Origin: Hemiscyllium ocellatum | Taxonomy: Eukaryota | Reading direction: 5' to 3' | Assembly (NCBI RefSeq): GCF_020745735.1 | Contig: NC_083433.1 | Coordinates: forward strand, 12,783,363 to 12,847,362 | DNA: 64,000 nucleotides | Notes under the pieces: model-generated | The model's database searches: none | What the model was told of the DNA's origin: nothing | What the model saw: only the letters and a program-made list of their open reading frames with translations | Shown: positions 59,451 through 64,000 of the stretch, piece after piece | How the letters are laid out: each line of letters begins with the position of its first letter | Numbering within the stretch: the first letter of the stretch is position 1 | Position numbers and translations under genes: made by a program

Positions 59451-62400
59451 GGTGGCGTGGTAGCTCAGTGGTTAGCACTGCTGCCTCACAGCTCCAGGGA
59501 CCTGGGTTTGATTCTAGCCTCGAGCACAAAGCTGTTGACCCCAGGAAACATTGAGGAGCTCAAGAGGGACTGCGCAGGTTGGAGAACCATGAAGCCTCTC
59601 TTTGAGTCCCCAGCGGATTGGTGAGAAACAGTAAAAGGGAACATCAAGAGGTTCTTCATCCTCAAAGGTGTTCAGGAGGTGAGAGAGAGGTGGGGAAAAC
59701 TGTCCCAGCTCCAGGAAAGTATGCAGAACTTGTTCCTGCTGCAGACGATGGGGGTCGATGTCACGGAGGACCTCCAGGAGGTGAAGGGCCAGCAAGCCTC
59801 CCTCATTGCCTTGGAGGCCACCAAGATAATCTTCTGGCCAAGTGTCCGCTCGGTGGAGCAGGACGAGACGTGCTCACATTTCTTCTTCCAGAAGGTGCAC
59901 AAAGCGAGTTCCGTGCTCAGCAGCCTGAAGGAAGAAGATGGCTCGATAACGTCATCTCAGGCTGACATCATGAGGATCAGCAAATCCTTCTATGTCAGTC
60001 TGTATGATGCGAAGCCAAACAATAGCGCGGCCTCCCAGTTATTCCTGTCCTCTATCATGGAGGTCTCAGATGACAGAACACGCGAGAGGCTGGACCAGCC
60101 GCTATCTCTGGACGAGCTGACCAAGGCCCTCGAGTCCTTCCAAAAGAATAAAGCTCCAAGAAGCGAAGGCTTACAGGTTGAGCTCTATTCTGCTCTGTGG
60201 GACTTGATTGGCCAGGACCTGCTGGAGATGTATGTCAGTATGCTTCGGGCAGGTACCATGAGTGAATCCGTGAGGAAAGGCATCATCCCCCTCATCTACA
60301 AGCGGAAGGGGGAGAGGGAGGAACTCAAACATTGGAGACCAATCACACTGTTGAATGCGGATTACAAAATTTTATCAAAGGTAATCGCCAACCGGGTCAG
60401 GTCTGCTCTGGGGTCGGTGGTTCACCCTGACCAAACCTGTGCTATGCCGGGCAGGAAGATCGCTGAGAGTCTCGCACTCCTCAGGGATACGATCGCCTAC
60501 GTGCAGGATAGAGGGTTGGACACCTGCCTGATCAGCCTGGACCAGGAGAAAGCCTTTGACAGGATATCACACAGGTATATGAGAGATGTTCTCTCCAAAA
60601 TGGGCTTTGGGGAAGAAATCTGCAATTGGATCAGACTGCTCTACACCAACATTGTCAGTACAGTCTCAATCAATGGGTGGGAATCAGATAGCTTCCCAGT
60701 CAGATCTGGAGTCAGGCAGGGCTGCTCTCTCTCTCCTGCCTTGTTTGTGTGCTGCATAGAGCCATTTGCCGAGTCCATCAGGAAAGATGCGAGCCTGAGA
60801 GGGGTGACTATTCCTGGCAGCGGGGGCCTGCAGGTTAAGGCCCCCCCTGTACATGGATGACATCGCTGTTTTCTGCTCGGATCCACTGTCTGTGCGCAGA
60901 CTCATGTGCATATATGACCAGTTCGAACAGGCCTCGGGGGCCAAGGTAAACCGAGGCAAGAGCGAGGCCATGCTCTTCGGGAACGGGGCCGACCAATCCT
61001 CGATCCCCTTCACTGTCAGGACCGACCACCTGAAGGTGCTGGGTATTTGGTTCAGAGGGGGTGGGGCGGGCACCAAGTCTTGGGGGGAGTGTGAAGCAGA
61101 AACTGGGCAGATGGAAGCTACGGTCACTCTCCATCGTGGGAAAAACCTGGTCATCAGGTGTGAGGCACTGTCATTGCTGTTATATGTGACACAGGTGTGG
61201 CTTATTCCCAGAACCTGTGCCGCTGCCGTCACTCAGACCATCTTCCAATTTATATGGAGATCAAAGATGGACCGGATCCGAAGGGACTCGCTATACAAAG
61301 ATCTGGGCAATGGGGGAAAAAATACACCCAATGCCACCCTCACCCTGATGGCCACCTTTGTGTGTGGCTGCATCAAACTGTGTGTGGATCCCCGGTACGC
61401 AAACACCAAGCGTCACTACATACTGAGGTTCTACCTGTCCCCGGTGTTGCGAATGATGGGCCTGGCCTCACTGCTGCGGAGCGCTCCGAGTAGTTGGAGC
61501 GTTCCGTATCACCTGTCCTTCGTGGAAAAGTTTATGAAGAAAAATACCTTTGACCACAAGTCCATGAGGAAGTGGTCAGCACGTAGTGTCCTTGAGACCC
61601 CTTCGGGAAAAGGAGAGGGCGGATCCTATCGAGCAGTTCCCTGAGCAGACTGTCAAAGCCATTTGGCAGAATGCCTCATCGCCAGAACTTTCCAACAAGC
61701 ACCGAGACATGGCTTGGCTGGTGGTGAGAAGGGCTCTGCCTGAGATCTTTAATGCACGCCCGGACTCTCAGCCGCACTGCACGCTGCCCTCGAAGTGGCT
61801 GCGGGGGGGGGGAATGACTGTCACACACCTCCTTCTGGAATGTGCCTCTGCAGAGGCAGGCAGTGGTGTTTGTCGAGGTTCGTCCCGAGCAGTGCCGTGA
61901 CATGGGACTCCATGCTCTGTTCCCCAGGACAAATATCAACTGTGCCTGGAGGATCATCAACTCAGTGAAGGATGCTCTCTGGGTGGTCCGAAACCTGTTG
62001 ATCTTCTAGCTGAAGGAGTTGACCCCGACTGAGTGTTGCAGACTGGCACATTCCAAGGTCCAGGACTACGTGTTGAGGGATACGCTGAAGCTTGGGGCAG
62101 CTGCTGCCAAGGTGCAGTGGGTAAGAGACCCCTGTGTAACATCTGCCTGCCTAAGAAGAACAGGGGGCCCACGCCATCATTTGGGCTCTGCTGACGCCTC
62201 AGCTAAATATATGGGCATATGATTTATATATAGGTCTGTACATTTATCAATGATAAATTCTGATCGATGTAAAGAAATGGAATGTTTACATATGTATGGC
62301 ATGACCAACTATGTAGACCAAAATATTGTGATTAAAGTATATTTTTGAAATAAAAACACTCTAGCCTCAGCTGACTGAGTGTGGAGTTTGTATGTTCTCC

Positions 62401-62525
62401 ATGTCTGTGGGCTTCCTCCCATAGGCCAAAGATGTGCAGAATCAGTGGATTGGCCATGGGAAATGTAGGGTTAAGGGGATTGAGTGTTCAGACTCAATGG
62501 GCTGAATGGTCTTTTCTTGCCCTGT
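59451..62525 (+). mobile_element. HE1-like SINE upstream of copy 7, split by the Tx1 insertion
   Basis: 5' part 59451-59521 and 3' part 62360-62525 join to give the paralogue of 43579-43870. Confidence 0.8.
59522..62359 (+). mobile_element. 5'-truncated, frameshifted Tx1/L1-clade non-LTR retrotransposon (ORF2 RT)
   Basis: Motifs WRPITLLNADYKILSK, DQEKAFDRISH, GVRQGCSLSP and YMDD (frameshift near 60850), plus a degenerate C-terminal zinc knuckle (TVTHLLLEC) and an A-rich 3' end. 9-bp TSD TCTAGCCTC at 59513-59521 and 62360-62368. Interrupts a SINE. Confidence 0.92.
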
Positions 62526-63488
62526 GCATCTATAATTATAGGGAGGAACAGTAAAGTGAGGGAGCCATAGCAAGACTATATTGTTACTTCAGGAATGAAG
62601 TCTTCCTGTGGCTAGGCTCCTTGATTAGATACCCATTCTGCTCAAAGGCCCCCATCAAGAGCTTTGTTTGAGTTGTTTATCCTCAATTTGTCTGACACTG
62701 GCCAACTACTTACAGCAGTGACAAGACAAGGGGCAAAGAGCACAGGCCCCTGTGCTGGTCCAAACCAAACCAGCACTGGCTGAGGCTAGAGCCACAGGAA
62801 GAAAACAGCAACATTAGAATGAATGAGTTAGTCACTTCAGAGTTCCCATTAGAGCTGTACTGGACAAGTTGAGATCATATTCTCAGGTTAGCTAGTTCCA
62901 ACTGGGCAGAACTAGGGGCCTGATGGACCTCATTGAAAGGCCTGTGGGAAAGAGGTGAACACCTAGTGGTCAAATCTGGAAGTGAACATTGGACATCCCA
63001 CATATTTGATTCAGACAGTCTTTTGAAGAGCTATGGAAACTGTCACAATTTGCTACAACTGTACCCATTAAGTTCAGAAAAGTATAATTGCTGGACAAAA
63101 GAATTAAAGGTTTGATATCCCACAGACTGCAATTCCAACCCAAAGTCTAGTTTTGGGTTGGAGTGGGGGGGCAGGGTAGCTTGAATTTGTCACTATGTAG
63201 AACTCCACCTAATTATCTTTGTCCAATTGGCTGGGGATGTGGGTGAGGAAAAGAAATTAGTAAATTTTAGTCCAGTGATGTGATGAGCTGGACTGCAGAA
63301 TGATTACTAGCATCAAGCTTTGTGTGAAGTATGTTGTCTGAATGACAGATTTTATTCATTTCCATTCAGGTGGTACAGCCATTACATTCTTGCCAACATG
63401 CTCCTTCTCCCTGGGAGGGGGAAGCCAGATTGTCCAAGTGAAGTCAGTAATGCATTCAGACAAAGAGCAGACAGTCCCCCATGCCCCA

Positions 63489-63642
63489 CTAACTGCTGTC
63501 CTCCAGTGAGAGCCTGTCAAACAGGTACTCTCCCAGCCCATTCTCAGGAGCTCCCAGACGCTTCAGGTTGGTGATGTAGTCCCCATGTCGCTTGATGATC
63601 TCAACCTCCTCATCCAAATAGTGGGTCTCCAGGAAGTCTCAG
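63489..63642 (-). pseudogene. Last exon of ferritin array copy 8 (rest lies beyond the window; probably a pseudogene)
   Basis: Exon 4 homologue is 154 bp rather than 156 bp (2-bp loss at its 5' end). The acceptor reads CAT instead of CAG (63643-63645). The 3' UTR and AATAAA (63351-63356) are present. Confidence 0.8.
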
Positions 63643-64000
63643 ATGGAACACAGGAATAGCACAGCTCATTACATTAGCACAATCCAAGACCTGTTTACAA
63701 TTCCCACTGCAAAACAGGCTGGGCCATATTGCTCCAGACAGGAAAGTCAAGCTAATGGCTGGATATTGTGCCAGGGAGGATGATAGCATTTCAGCTTCAG
63801 TTTCTTAACAGGAAACTGGTTGTATTGTGGTGTACAGTGATCATTCTACTGCAATGGTCCTGAATGGGGATTTAGTGGCCAATATCACTTCAGCATTCAC
63901 ACCAGATTACAATCCAAGTTCCTCCTTAACCTTATTGCTGAACAGTTGTAACATCAGTATGGATCTGGAGTGATCAATGTTACATCTGGTCCAAGTGTTG

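Noticed and set aside
63631-63645. Alternative AG acceptor (CTGAG) rescuing exon 4 of copy 8
   Set aside because: Splicing there starts the exon at ACTTCC, out of frame with the phase-0 intron.

Overview
Eukaryotic (vertebrate) genomic DNA. The repeat content (HE1-type tRNA-derived SINEs, CR1/HER1-type LINE 3' ends, Penelope-like elements, a Tx1/L1-clade element) points to a cartilaginous fish, probably a shark; this is inference. The whole window is a head-to-tail tandem array of four-exon ferritin genes on the minus strand, spaced about 8-10 kb apart. It holds one frameshifted pseudogene (copy 1), six intact copies (copies 2-7; exons 102/147/126/156 bp, 176 aa) and the broken last exon of an eighth copy. 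The array appears to continue past both window ends. The subunits are atypical. They keep E27, Y34, E61, H65 and E107 of the H-chain ferroxidase site but carry the L-chain-type E62K and Q141E, and they lack part of the L-chain nucleation glutamate cluster. No iron-responsive element is visible in the short 5' UTRs. The promoters share TATA, several inverted CCAAT boxes, an ETS/CRE-like site and DR1 nuclear-receptor repeats. The array shows nested duplication: a chimeric copy 3 and a two-gene unit of about 15.9 kb (copies 4+5 vs 6+7). Exons and 3' UTRs look homogenised. Copy-specific retroelement insertions include Penelope-like elements with hammerhead ribozyme motifs and a near-perfect intronic palindrome. 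Most short ORFs in the supplied track are spurious or are single ferritin exons read into introns.
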